A stretch of DNA of 64,000 nt, taken from Octopus vulgaris. Lineage: Eukaryota. Below the pieces are notes generated by a model that did no database searches, was not told the origin of the DNA, and worked only from the letters and a program-made list of their open reading frames with translations. Positions 11,741 to 25,650 of the stretch are shown here, piece by piece. A program made the translations under genes and the position numbers. The stretch spans positions 41,850,001 to 41,914,000 of the forward strand of contig OX597832.1 in assembly GCA_951406725.2 (NCBI GenBank), given 5' to 3'. Position 1 is the first letter of the stretch; each line of letters begins with the position of its first letter.

Positions 11741-14297
11741 GCAAGTGTCTTCTACTATAGCCCCGGGTCTTGTTTTAATATGCCTATGATTAAAGGCATC
11801 CGAACAGTGGTCCCAGAGTTATATTTTACACGTGTCTGCACGAGGTGCAGGCTGGGGTTGATATGTCTAGGGCCACTACATTACTTAACGTCTTCTTTCC
11901 ATATTTCAAACGATAACCCGCAATTGGAGAGATTTGATTTATATTTCGATCAGTTGGAGTTGACCACACACAGTCTCCTGTGTTGAGACATGTAATGTTG
12001 GGTCATTCAGTTTCAGATCGCAAAAAAAGCATATTACTGTAAAGACAAATTTTACAAGGTGGACGAAATCGAAACGTAGTTTTAAAGGTAAAACAAAAGA
12101 CAAAAATTCATTTTCTTTTCTGTGTTTCTGTTTTAACCAAAGACATGAGTGGCAGATTAGCATTAATCAAACGTCGCAACCTATTTAGAATCAAAGTTAC
12201 GTGAAAGCACTTGGCAATATTTGACGGTGGAGCTTTGACGCTCAGAGAATGTAGATTAGCATTATATTATATTTCATCATCACTTTTAAGTTTCGTTTTT
12301 AGAAACGGTAGCTCACTGCAAGTGTTTTACAATGTATGTACTTGAAACTCAAGACAAATATATTTAATTAGAGTAATTATATGTTTTCAATTGCGATTTA
12401 GTAGATCTGATAAATGTGTACGAGATATATAGTTTATCATTCCTATCATATCTGCTAAGTTCATTTACGCCGTGGTTCCCGCAGAACTTTCTAATATACG
12501 AAACAACCATTAACGTAAAGTATTTGTATCTAAACAGACCTAGAAATATTCGTAGAGCTTCTTTTGAGAATTATTATTAATTTAATGTATGTTGTTATCC
12601 ATTTCGTTACATACTCCGCTGTTTATTACTGCCCTTAAATGTAAACTAACACTTCTTTCTAATTTAGGGATAAGGCCAGCAATTTCTGAAGGGAGAGGGT
12701 TGTCAATGACATTGGTCTCAGTACTTGGCTGGTACTTTATTTTATCGACTCCAGAGGGATGAATGATAAAGTTGACTCCTGTGGAATTCAAACACGAGGC
12801 TTAAATATTTAGATCAAATAATGCAAATGATTGTTTTCGATGCTCTAACGAATCTGCCAACATCGCCCTTAATTATTTCTGAGGGGCAAACCAGCAGTTC
12901 TGAGTGGATGGGGTTAGTCGGTTCCATCAACTCTATTACTTGACTGGTACTTAAGTGAACCCGAAAGACGAAAGGCAGAGTTGACCTTAGTCAGATTTTA
13001 ACTCAGAAAGAGTCGGAAGAAATATTGCAAGATACTATGCCTGATGTGCTTACGATTCCGCCAATCTATGGTTCTGACATTTTATTTGCCAGCATTAGCA
13101 ATTCATGTTGAGATGTACAAATATTATTATATAAAAAGGATGGGTGATGCAAATACGTTAATTTTTTGCACAAGCCTCACCTCAGATATTTAGAAAGAAA
13201 AAAAAAACGAGATGGGCAGTGTTAATGTGCAAACTTATTTCTTGCAAGGAATACTGGTTTTAAATTTCGGCAGACGACTAGCAATTCCGTTGTAGAGAGC
13301 AAGTCGATTATATCAATACCAGTGCTCAACTGGTACTTCTTTTATCGACCCCAAAATCTGATGACAGGCAAATTCCTCGGGCGGAATTTGAACTCAGAAC
13401 ATAAAGACGGACGAAATGCCGCTAAGCATTATGCCTGGTGTGCTAACGATTACCATCCTGCAAGACAATTGATTTCAAATTTTGGCCCGAAAAGCAGAGC
13501 CAGCTGTCACAATCGAACGAGTATGGCTTGGTGAGATGTACCACGGTTTTGCTATCTGTTTTAAGTACCTTTGTAGTCTCGAACAGACACAGAAACTCCT
13601 TCGACACCCCATCACCTTGGCGACTCAGCGGAATATTGAGGATGTGACAGCTGGAGAGCGAGAGGGCTGAACGAGTTCTAGTATATCTGACAGGTTTTTT
13701 TATACAATCACCATCTACCCAATGTCACTCATAAGGCTTGAAAGTCGATCCGATACTATGGTAAAGACCCTTGCCCAAGATGCCACGCAATGAGATGGAC
13801 CAGTCTGTCTTTATGGTTGTGAAGTGAACTTAACCAATAATCACATCTTTAATCAATTGAAGAGGTGATTTTTTCCCATTCTTGTTCACGTTGTCAAATA
13901 CTCCGGATTTCTTGAAAGTCTTCTAAGCGATATTTGGATCAATTTGTCATACTTGAGAGGAATTGCCTTGGAGGTTAATTCTATTTGAATTCATCTGATT
14001 GAGACAGTTAACCAAGTTCGAAGCAAACTTCTTAAACGTTCGTCCATACTGCACTTGCAAATGTATGCATTAAGACAGACATACACATGCACGTATATAT
14101 GTATGAGTGCAGATGGCCGAATGGTTAGTAGTTCGTTTTGCAACAACAGAGTTTGCATAGAAACTTGAACGAACGTAACTTTCAAGAGGTTCGAGTCAAC
14201 TTTTTTCTAACTTGCGATGAAAATTCGGTAGAAGCTGTTATAGGAGGTCATCAGAAGGATGTTACCCGGAATTCAAATGATACAGCCTTGTCTCAAA

Positions 14298-14895
14298 GAT
14301 ATTTGTTTCTTTACTACCCACAAGGGGCTAAACACAGAGGGGACAAACAAGGAGAGACACACAGATTAAGTCGATTGCATCGACCCCAGTGCGTAACTGG
14401 TACTTAATTTATCGACCCCGAAAGGATGAAAGGCAAAGTCGACCTCGGCGGAATTTGAACTCAGAACGTAACGGCAGACGAAATACCTATTTCTTTACTA
14501 CCCATAAGGGGCTAAACACAGAAAGGACAAACATAGGTATTAAGTCAATTACATCGACCCCAGTGAGTAACTGGTACTTAATTTATCGACCCCCGAAAGG
14601 ATGAAAGGCAAAGACGACCTCGGCGGAATTTGAACTCAGAACGTAACGGCAGACGAAATACCTATTTCTTTATTACCCACAAGGGGCTAAACACAGAGAG
14701 GACAAACAAGGACAGACATAGATATTAAGTCAATTACATCGACCCCAGTGCGTAACTGGTACTTAATTTATCGACCCCCGAAAGGATGAAAGGCAAAGAC
14801 GACCTCGGCGGAATTTGAACTCAGAACGTAACGGCAGACGAAATACGGCTGCGCATTTCGCCCGGCGTGCTAACGTTTCTGCCAGCTCGCCGCCT
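14298..14895 (-). mobile_element. SINE family A, head-to-tail trimer
   Basis: Three units in reverse orientation, flanked by the imperfect direct repeat cttgtctcaaaga / cttatcccaaaga. Confidence 0.9.
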
Positions 14896-15259
14896 TTCTT
14901 ATCCCAAAGATATTGTATCAGGTTGATTCTGCCCGAGAATTCGTTAACAGTACACGAGTGTGTGTGTGTAAAGGTTCAGTCACTTAACGCGTTAATTCAA
15001 AAACAGGTTAAACTCCCCATGTCAAGCGACTGAGATCCACTACTAAACTATTGCATGTATTTATACACATTATCTGTCTCCACACGTATAATTCGATCGA
15101 TGATTCAAATTGCGAACGAAGTGTTTTAGTTCATTATTTCCCGTGATAAAGATCTTTTCAGGACACGTCGAGAAGATCAACATGCCAGCCAGTGGTTAGT
15201 CGAAATTTGTGATCATGTAGCTCTGTGATCAAATACGTCTTTGCTATGACCATTACATG

Positions 15260-15565
15260 GGTTCTACTTGAGAACAGTGGTCCCGGTTTGCGCACACGCG
15301 CAGTCGCGCATCCGCGCCAGCTAGTCGTGACTAGTCGATCCTTACTTTGTGTTTTTGTGTGTTATTTACTTTGTTTAAAAAATTATTTACTTCCTGTTTT
15401 TGTGTTTTATTTATTTTTTTTTAACAAAAATTATTTACTTTGTGTAAATAAAATTATTTATTTTGTGTTTTATTTTACTTTGCTAGGTAGTCGTTGTAGG
15501 ATCGACTACGTACGACTAGCTAGCGCGGATGCGCGTACCGGGACCACCGTTCGCTAGTAAGTACC
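15260..15565. mobile_element. Second copy of the Mutator/MULE-like MITE
   Basis: Same internal ctagtcgtgactagtcgatcct arms. Perfect 9-bp TSD cattacatg at 15251..15259 and 15566..15574. The AT-rich centre is expanded. Confidence 0.88.
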
Positions 15566-16039
15566 CATTACATGTATGTCAAGGACTACATTGGTCAATG
15601 TACCCTTCTATTTAAGATTTACAGGTGTGTATATGAGGTAGATTTTGGCTGCTATTTCTAGGAGAGGGTCGATCAACAGCTTGGCGAGTAACGCCCTCGG
15701 CGTTTCCTATGTCTAGTTTACCAACAAGTGAAATATATATAAAAAAAACACACACACACACACTACACTCAGGCAAAAGCACACACACACATACATACAT
15801 ACACGTATGTGATTGTGTCTCTGTGTGTATATGTATGTATGTGAGTGTGTGTGTGTGTGTGTTTGTGCAGTATGTATCTACAAATAGAAAATATGCACCC
15901 ACCCATATACATATAAATATAAATATATATATATATCTTTGTATATAATTAGGCGGATAAATGTAATTGTATTTTGCACTAATAGACAAGATCCTTGTAT
16001 ATATATATATAAATAAAATGAATGTTATACACCTATGTA

Positions 16040-16200
16040 GGTCTAGGCGCAGGGGGGGCCTCATTGGGAATATTTCAGCCAATGGCGTGCCTCGCTGCTC
16101 TTCAGCCCGGCCAGAAAACTCTTCGTATCCTGTTTATCGTTATTCTTGTTGTTGTTATTAACGGCATGGCGGTTTCCTAAAACTCATGGACACCACTGCT
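16040..16200 (+). promoter_or_regulatory. Candidate AMBRA1 promoter or 5' end
   Basis: Locally GC/CpG-rich unique sequence with ATTGG (16063) and CCAAT (16079) in opposite orientation. Coding exon 1 has an acceptor, so an upstream UTR exon is needed. A strong acceptor also occurs at 22191. Confidence 0.35.
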
Positions 16201-17003
16201 GCCTCACCCTCTCTCTCTGCTCCGTCTTTCTCTCCTTATCTCTCTTTTTTTTCTCACAGATAATCTATATATTTATATCTAAACATTACACACACACACA
16301 CACACAGATACACCACACACACCTCTATTTATATATATTTATTACATACAACTCGCCTTAATTTAAGAAGGAAAAACAGAACAGAACAAAAATATAAGGG
16401 GAAAAAGAAACCGACATCCATCCCTGTGAAAGAGACAAGCAAAGACAATTTAATTTCGCTGTGGCTGGCCAAAATCTCTCTTCTTTTTCTCTCTCAGCCA
16501 TCGGCGTACCGAAGCCTCGTTTCTGGCAGCCATCTGGTGACATTCCTTCTTTAGTAATGGTTATTACAAATTTCTTCACCTTCACCTTAGACATTCCATT
16601 CAATGTTGGCACATAATAGTTGAGTATGTGGCTTTTATTTAGCCTTCTTTTTTTTTTTTCTTTTTTTTTTCTTTCAAAAATATCTCTCCCCCACCATGCT
16701 ATGCTATATTCTCCAACAATCCATCTCCCCTTTTGTTTTTTTTTAATCCCCCTTCCCTGCTTTCGTTTACATGTCCCCACCCATCATCATCCATCCGATT
16801 CCCCCTTTTTCTTGTTGTTCCATATTGCCGTTTTTACTCATGTTTGTATATATATATATATTGATATATATATAGATTGATATATTGTATATAGATTGAT
16901 ATATTTATGTTCCTACCTTAATGCACACACCCTCTCTCTGTCTCTTTTTTTTCACTTCAAAACAAATTTCCCAAAACGGGGAAATTTTCAGTTGGATATG
17001 TGC

Positions 17004-17042
<39 letters not shown>

Positions 17043-18539
17043 TATATATATAGCACTTGGCAACTGATTTAAAATAGTGTAGTAGGACTAAAACCAGTAA
17101 GTGCATCTGCAACGATCGCTATATATAAATATATATTTATATATGTATATATATATATGCATGCATGCGTGCACATTATATGTAATGCACATCTCTAAGT
17201 CGCATATCTTCGCCGAATATTTCGATCTTGGATCATACATTTGCATCGGTGGAAGATGTATAAGTATATGTGTGTGTGTCTATATATTATATATTCGGTG
17301 TTGATTACCCCCGTCGCTACTCGGAGTATTTGCATCTCGATTATTTTATCCGAATAATTATTATCCTTTCCCTTGTGTCTGACTCCCTGGTTGTCAGATA
17401 TTTTGTGGGAGGGGTCGAAAAATCCACTTAATTTAATTGCTGTGGTTTACTTTACATAAAAGATGTTAAGGAGAAAGCGTATTTTCAAATGGTGAAGGAG
17501 AAAAGAATTTATTTCTAAATGTATCTGGTTCGTTTAAGAAGACAGTGAAAAGGAGCTAATTTGAGAAGTATATTTCCATTTTAGAATAGAGACTTTTGAA
17601 TAATTAAATAAAAATCATTCTATTGCGAACGATGTCCGTACTAATTATAAATGGCAGGCAAACGGCGCTTCAGCCAAGAAATAATGTCTAAGTAGGCTAA
17701 ATAATTAATTTCAGTCGTTGAAATTGTTCTTTAGAGACACGGCCACTTTTATTTGTTTTTTGTAGAATAATCCCAAGTTGGAGATTAGATATTTGGCGAA
17801 AAATACTTAGACCTGGGGGTTCCATGTTAGGTGAAACCGTTTGACTTGACTGTTAAAGACCCATGTCGGGACTGATGGAAGCAGATTTATCATTAGAACC
17901 GTTCTAACCATAATTTACTTCGTCTCTTTAGTTTGTTTTGGCACCGTGGATCTGGTACTACCATTATCCAGTGTATGGTTTAAAACGATTATTTTTTAAA
18001 GATGGTTCGGTGTGAGGTCAGTGAAATTCGACTGCTATTTCTTGCAGATTTAGTGGCCATGTACAGGCAGGCAACTTGATTTCATTTGTGGTGGCGAAGG
18101 AAGGAAGGAGTCGAGAATGGAATATTTTAAGTTCTGCGATTAGCAATTATTGTGGCGATCGTTTTATAAGGCTCTCAGAGCAAAGCTGAAGAACACAGAG
18201 GCCTCGATCAAAGCCATGTTCGCTTCGCATAACGAACCGTTCCAGGCCTTTATTTAATAGCATCATGAACATCACAACATTCCTCATTACCATTCGGGTT
18301 TCCTTTGTTTTCGCTGGAAACGAACCTCGTCGAATTATTGGGAATTTCGTTTTACAATATCGATAAAACAGGTCAACGAAAATCTCGACAGAAAATAATA
18401 GTAATAAGTAAAAGATGGTGAATTCAAACAACTGTAACCATTGCCTTTTATAAAATCAGCCGGGTTTGGCTACGAGTCATAACATTTATTGTGGTGTAAA
18501 TATAATTTGGCTGGTCTGGTCTTCCCCCTAGGCACTAGT

Positions 18540-18660
18540 TATATACACACACTCATATATATATATATACACGCATATATACATATACATATGTATGTAT
18601 ATATATATACACACATTTATGTGTATATGTGTCTCTCTCTTTATATATATATATATATAC

Positions 18661-18696
<36 letters not shown>

Positions 18697-18905
18697 GTGT
18701 ATATATATATATACACATGTGTATATATATATACACACGTGTATATATATATACACACGTGTATATGTATATATATACACATTTGTGTATATATATACAC
18801 ACGTGTGTATATATATATATATATACACACATTTATGTGTATATACATATATATATACATGTGTGTATATATATATATATATAACACACATGTGTATATA
18901 TATAC

Positions 18906-18955
<50 letters not shown>

Positions 18956-18997
18956 GTGTATATATATATACATATATGTATTTATATGCATATACAT

Positions 18998-19055
<58 letters not shown>
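18540..19055. repeat. Compound (TA)n/(CA)n/(TG)n microsatellite
   Basis: Seen directly. Source of many spurious Y/I/H-rich ORFs. Confidence 0.95.
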
Positions 19056-19057
<2 letters not shown>

Positions 19058-19521
19058 CACTGTAGATAATTCTGTCAGCTTCACGCGTGTATAATAACTA
19101 GGCATATTAATTAAATCCGACGGAAGGCAATAACCATTACGACTTGGTGTTTTTCAATCGACTTTTGGAAATATATTCAAGTTGCCCGTCTGACCTGGAG
19201 TGTCGACTAACCCAACCACCTCGGGGAGGTTTTGATAAAAAAAAAATTGCTACCAGTCATGTACTGGTCTAATTACACCGATTATAGCTTTCTACTTACT
19301 CCTTTACAAATAATGTTTCGATTTGTACTATAATACTCGCCATCACCTGACGGTGGTGATAGAAAGTGGTGGTTTTTTCAGTGTTACAAGTTTAATATAT
19401 TGACGAGAACACTCCATTTTGATTCTAACTTCATTTCCTATTATTAAATCTTTGGTACTTTTTCCCCCTCCATGACTCTGATCTTAGTGTTTTATATCAA
19501 TCTCTCTCTCCATATCTCCCT

Positions 19522-19565
<44 letters not shown>

Positions 19566-20604
19566 GTATATATGGTGTGTGTGTCTACACACTCAATCTG
19601 TATAATTTGCTTCATCAACCTGAGGAGATACAGATGTAGAAATGCGGAGAAAGAGAAAGTATCTGTTTATATTCACTACTCGTAGAAAGCGTTAAAAAAT
19701 CCCCCGAAAAGATCAATAATTGATATCCTGTGACTATATAAGACAGTTTGGGTTGTTTTTTTTTTTAAAAAAGGCCATTGCTTGTCAGATATTTTTAGGT
19801 CGATGGTGGTTTTTTACAAAGAACAGGAAATTGGGGTGGATGCTGCCTACTACTTCGCATTCATCAGTTCAAATAATCCTGGTAGATTTCGTATTTGTTT
19901 TTTTTGTTTTTTTCTTTTCCTTTCTTTATTCCACGCCAGCCTAAATGTTTTAAAATAAGGGTAATTTTCCAGCCACATAGATCTATTTTTCCATTCAGGA
20001 AAATCTGGATCATATTTTACGTTTTTACTCATAAAAAGAAAATTCTATCAACCATTTTCTTTTCCTAAATATATATATTTTTTTTATCCTGGCGACTGTG
20101 TATGTATATATATCTTGTGTATATTCTGAGACATTAATTTAGTTTGCAGTTTATATTTTTGGCATTTTTCATTTTAGTTTAATTAAGAAATAACGAAATC
20201 GTTAACTACGTTTAAATTCTGCCCAACATGCCCGTAGGAAATTGTCAAGAGGCTATGTTTATATCTTATCGACTGATTATGGGGGTCTTGTAAGACACAC
20301 CCATCTTCGGAAAGTCTTGTACGTGTTAAACCTGATGATCGTCGTCTTTGGAATGCACTTTGGAAAAACAGAGAGAAACGAAAACAAACAAATGACATCC
20401 GAAATCTTGTTTTCTTAGTTTTCCTTCCTTAATAGTTCTTTCGTGTTTCCTTATCTTGGCTTTGGCTAATCTTTCTTTCGCCTTGTAATTATTTCTAATT
20501 AAATTCGTTGCACTCGCAACATTAAATATAATTAACGCTAGAAATCCATATCTTTATACATGCTATAACTTTACTTAAATAACTATATTACACACACACA
20601 CACA

Positions 20605-20649
<45 letters not shown>

Positions 20650-20840
20650 ATGATAGATCGCTAGCCACTACACATTCTTTGTTTTCTCTCCTTGTTTCTT
20701 TCTGTGTTCCTTTCTGTGGAAGAGCGTAGGCTCGAAACGTTAAAGACTTTTTCACTTCCCGAGCGTTATATTAGTACATCTGTCTGTTGTCTACACCACC
20801 TGTCTTCGTCTTTTGTTTTATATTTTGTGAATTCTCCCTA
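20650..20840 (+). mobile_element. Penelope-like short repeat with a degenerate hammerhead-like motif
   Basis: cttt-ctgtgga-a-gagc(gtag)gctc-gaaa-cg-tt-aaag at 20710..20745, embedded in (TA)n. Confidence 0.55.
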
Positions 20841-21725
20841 TATATATATATATATAAACACTTATACTATAACTTAGCTACATTTATATGTGTTTGTGTA
20901 TGCACACACACACACTGTAGGGTTAACAACATTACATATAATATATTAAATATATTATAGTCATCATTATTTGTTTCTAAACACCCCTGAGATAAGCATT
21001 GAATATCAAAATGTTACCAAATGCATGCATATAACAAGACACATTATACATACATGCATACACACACAAAGCTTTGACGAGACAACGAGCAAGCTCGATG
21101 AATTGGCAGAACTAGAATTGGCAGCTAAATCTCCCTCGAAACAAAATCCTAACGTCATTTAAAACGAGATAATGTAGAACTAGATTTACTCTCTGAATAA
21201 ACGACCGAATGCTTCTGGCCCAGAACTCTTTGATCACAGATCGTGCTCGATCAAAGCTGAGAAAAATTAAGCTTTGTGTGTCGAGTTAACAAAATGAAAC
21301 CGATTTTGAAAAAAAAAAAAAAAGCGTTTTGATTTTCAACAACGCAATTAAATTTGATAAATTGTGTTTATTCTCGACGCTAAAACTACCTGATAACAGA
21401 AACCTATTAAATTTCATATCTGAGAGAGGTTGTGCAATCCCGATTAAAATTTGTTCTTAAACTGTGTAGAATGCTTCCATGATTAACACACTGTCCTCGA
21501 TTTTGACATATACCGTATGTGTGTGTGTATATGTACGTATATATGTGCATGAATGTAATTTTGTATATATATATGCGTGCACGTTTATACGTACGTATAG
21601 TTATATATATATATAGCAAAGCAAAAGAAGGGATTAGCCTGACATTGTTCCTTTGTTTTGCAAAATCTTCCCCTTATATATACATATCTATATGTATTTT
21701 GTTAATAAACCATTTGATGAGAACA

Positions 21726-21757
<32 letters not shown>

Positions 21758-21914
21758 TTAATAAAATGAAGTAGCATGAAACGATCGTACCAAATTGCCA
21801 AAGATATACTTGTTGCTTATTTTGATTAGAATCAGCCCATGGATTTATATGGATAATACCATACAAAATTCTGGTGTCTCTGACTTAAGTACCATATTCA
21901 TTTGAATCTATCTA

Positions 21915-21952
<38 letters not shown>

Positions 21953-22751
21953 TGTAAATGAGACAGTGTTTGGTGAATGAAAGTGGGTTGTTCGATACGT
22001 ATTTTGAGGATATAGCTTTTTTTTATTATTATTAAACTGAAACTGAAAGTTTGTCTCTCGACTCAAGTTTCGAACCACTGCGCACAAGAGGTGTAGAGGG
22101 ATCGCAGGCTCGCTAACAGAAAGACTTAGTAAAATACATGTGAAATACATTTCTTTAAATTCTTTCTTGATCGCTTTCTTTTTTCCTCTAGGTCACCTAA
22201 GTAGCAGTGGATGTGGGTGTATCTAAAGCTCAGCTATAACAAGGACAAATTTCAGAGCACTATTACTATTGCTAGTAACAGGGATTTTCTCTCTTTCTCA
22301 GGGTATATACCAAACTATGCTAGAATCATTTTACATGAACTTTCCATGTTAATATGAGTTGAATATGTCACCACAGTCCAGTTCAGCTTGGTCTCTATAG
22401 CTGGATACCTTTCTTACCACCAACTATTTCACAGTTTTTACTGGATGCCTTTCATTGTAGCATCAGCACGAAAGAGATTGTCATGTCCTCAACTTGACTA
22501 ATGAGTCCTATTAACCATGCATTGTCTCTGCTCATTCATTAAACACTTTACAGAGCATATTGGGGACACTTTAATCATAGACTAACACTAATACAGTGGC
22601 TCTGTATTCTGTGAGACAAAAAAAGCCCTTGTTACTCTATGATGTGTTCAATTGCTGAGAGGGTAGATAGATAAGACAGTACTGATTATAAAAAAAAAAA
22701 GAGAGAGAGAAAAAGCAGGATAAGTGAGTGATGGTACTAAGGAATATATTA

Positions 22752-22967
22752 AGGCGCCGAGCTGGCAGAAACGTTAGCACGCCGGGCGAAATGCATGGCC
22801 ATATTTCGTCTTTCGTTACGTTCCGAGGTCGACTTTGCCTTTCATCCTTTCGGCGTTGATAAATTAAGTACCAGTTACGCACTGGGGTCGATGTAATCGA
22901 CTTGATCCCTTTGTCTGTCCTTGTTTGTCCCCTCTGTGTTTAGCCCCTTGTGGGGAATAAAGAAATA
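22752..22967 (+). mobile_element. SINE family A monomer
   Basis: Head, core and tail as above. Other monomers at about 2560..2791(-), 24622..24850 (TSD tatactaat), 31780..31997 (TSD catatatatgcgtgtg), 33186..33417 and 59938..60136. Confidence 0.88.
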
Positions 22968-23369
22968 TATTTAGTGGAAACAGTGATTGGTGTGAAAGAG
23001 TGGTAAAGCGTGATGGATAGTAATAGAGGTGGACAGCACCAAATGTGAATAATAGGTGGCGGTGACGAGTTCTTTGGAGGTAGGAAGTGATGACGGACAG
23101 TGCAAAAAGGGTGATGAAAGGGGTACCAGGTTGTTATTGGAAAATTTGGTGGATAATCTTGTGGATGTCTACTGAGTCAGTTGCCAGATGTCGGAGCTTG
23201 AATGTGTCCCTGCCCAGAAAAGCAAGACATTCAGAGTATGGTAGATGCCTGATGGCATATTTACATATGCACAATACTAGATTTTTAAAAAATTAAAACT
23301 CCTGATATATATTTTGGGCAGTAAATCCTGCTTCAACCACCATAGCAATTCATACTACTGAGTACATCA

Positions 23370-23720
23370 TTATCATCATCATCATCGTTTAGCATCCGCT
23401 TTCTATGCTAGCACGGGTTGGACGGTTCAACTGGGGTCTGGGAAGCCAGAAGGCTGCACTAGGCCCAGTCTGATCTGGCAGTGTTTCTACGGCTGGATGC
23501 CCTTCCTAATGCCAACCACTTCGTGAGTGTAGTGGGTGCTTTTTACGTGCCACTGGCACGGGGGCCAGGCGAAGTTGGCATCAGCCACGATCGGATGGTG
23601 CATTTTATGTGCCACCGGCACGAGGCCAGTTGGGGCAGCACTGGCAACAGCCACGTTCAGATGGTTCTCTTATGTATCACCAGCACTGGTATCACAGCTG
23701 CAATTTCCATTGATGTTGAT
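23370..23720 (-). mobile_element. SINE-like family C, (GAT)n-tailed
   Basis: Core tggttggcgttaggaagggcatccagctgtagaaa and tail ccaacccatgctagcatggaaagcggacgttaaacgatgatg. Further copies near 28800, 29620, 30022, 37366, 38442, 51468, 58186, 60782 and 61400. Confidence 0.85.
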
Positions 23721-23981
23721 CAATTTCAATTTGATTTGGATTTTGGATTTTTACAAAATTTGCAAATATCTCCAGATCAGCACAGGTGGAATAACTGAAA
23801 ATATTAGTCCAAAAGAAAAATTATGAATAAAACACAAAATGAGATTGCAAATTATAAAATAGTGTTTCATATATTTTCCTCTCTTTAATGATTTGAAACC
23901 CTTATGCCATCTATCATTTGTGTTTTTTCTTCTTTCTTTGTTTTAGGAGCTGAACACTGGTCACTGTGGTAGTCAGAAAAT

Positions 23982-24101
23982 ATGAAGAACATCACAGATT
24001 TTGTCTTCCGAAGGCAAGTTGGACTGAAAGATGTTCAGTCATACATCAAATTTGTTGAGAGCCTTCTGGAATACAAAGCTACCACACCACATGCTAATGA
24101 G
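23982..24101 (+). CDS. AMBRA1: AMBRA1 coding exon 1 (MKNITDFVFRRQVGLKDVQSYIKFVESLLEYKATTPHANE)
   Basis: Acceptor ttttag ends at 23946, ATG at 23982, donor GAG|gtaatt at 24102, phase 0. Position corresponds to the N-terminal helical DDB1-binding region. Not in the ORF track. Confidence 0.85.
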
Positions 24102-25263
24102 GTAATTACTCAAAATTAGTTTTCTTTGATTTTTAGACTTTTCATCTTACCTCTTATTTTAACTTTTCTTTTCTTTCCCTACATGCTTTTATTATTTTTA
24201 TTTTCTTTTTAATAATCCTTTGCTGTAATATAGGCGTAGGAATGGCTGTGTGGTAAGTAGCTTGCATACCAACCACATGGTTCCGGATTCAGTCCCACTG
24301 CGTGGCACCTTGAGCAAGTGTCTTCTACTATAGCCTCAGGCCGGCCAAAGCCTTGTGAGCGGATTTGGTAGACGGAAACTGAAAGAAGCCCGTCGTATAT
24401 ATGTATATATATATATATATGTGTGTGTCTGTGTTTGTCCCCGTCACTTAGCTGTTCGGCAAAAGAGACCGATAGAATAAGTACTTGGCATACAAAGAAT
24501 AAGTCCCGGGGTCGAGTTGCTCGACTAAAGGCGGTGCTCCAGCATGGCCGCAGTCAAATGACTGAAACACGTGAAAGAGAAAGAGAAACTGTAAGGTGTC
24601 GGGTTTCATAGTATACTAATGCGGCGAGCTGGCAGAAACGTTAGCATGCCGGGCGAAATGCTTAGCGGTATTTCGTCTGCGTTACGTTGTGAGTTCAAAT
24701 TTCGCCGAGGTCGACTTTGCCTTTCATCCTTTCAGGGTCAATAAATTAAGTACCAGTTACGAACTGGGGTCGATGTAATCGACTTAATACCTATGTCTGT
24801 CCTTGTTTGTTCCCTCTGTGTTTAGCCCCTTGTGGGTAATAAAGAAATAAATATACTAATGCGTGTCCCAGTTTTCTCTGGTTCACTTCCACAATGGTAG
24901 GATGATGTCTAGCATTGGCACAAGTCTCCCAAGAACTTGTTGAACATCTGTAGTTCCTTACCACAAAGCTGGCTATTTGTTCATTTGTTTGTTTCGGTTT
25001 TCCCATTCTAACAAAAATTGAACAGGCCTGGCTGTGTGGTCAATAAGAACTGTCAAACTGTCCTTGAGATCTCTAACTGTAATCTCTCTTTCAGTTGGAG
25101 CCATTTAAATTCTATATTTACTCTCTCTATTTTTATTACGTGTTGTGATCATAGTCTTGTTGGAAGGTGTTAACGACAGTTGTTGATGTCTATTTGTTTA
25201 ACTTGGGAAAACCAGCAGCTAAATTCCCCCCAGACTTCATCATAGGAAAAATGTTGAATATAT

Positions 25264-25650
25264 AGGCGCAGGAGTGGCTGTGTGGTAAATAGCTTGTTTA
25301 CCAACCACATGGTTCCGGGTTCAGTCCCACTGCATGGCATCTTGGGCAAGTGTCTTCTGCTATAGCCTCAGGCCGACCAAAGCCTTGTGAGTGGATTTGG
25401 TAGATGGAAACTGAAAGAAGCCCATTGTATATATGTATATATATATATGTGTGTGTGTTTGTCCCCCTAGCATTGCTTGATAACCAATGCTGGTGTGTTT
25501 ACGTCCCCCGTTACTTAGCGGTTCGGCAAAAGAGACCGATAGAATAAGTACTGGGCTTACAAAAAGAATAAGTCCTGGGGTCGAGTTGCTCGATTAAAGG
25601 CGGTGCTCCAGCATGGCCTCAGTCAAATGACTGAAACAAGTAAAAGAGAG
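25264..25650 (+). mobile_element. tRNA-derived SINE family B, full length
   Basis: Head ggcgcaggagtggctgtgtggtaa, B-box gggttcagtccc, internal (TA/TG)n, tail gactgaaacaagtaaaagag. Other copies near 1360, 2320(-), 24232, 25670, 26369, 46390(-), 50740(-) and 62170. Confidence 0.88.

Noticed and set aside
14389-14604. Recurrent ORF MRNWYLIYRPRKDERQSRPRRNLNSE and similar repeated peptides
   Set aside because: Antisense reading of SINE copies, with variable frames and stops.
18489-19105. Overlapping Y/I/H/C-rich ORFs (also near 3300, 4450, 8030, 11230, 30450 and 45100)
   Set aside because: They are translations of microsatellites.
20330-20345. CTGATGA box as another hammerhead or snoRNA
   Set aside because: No properly spaced GAAA box or supporting stems.
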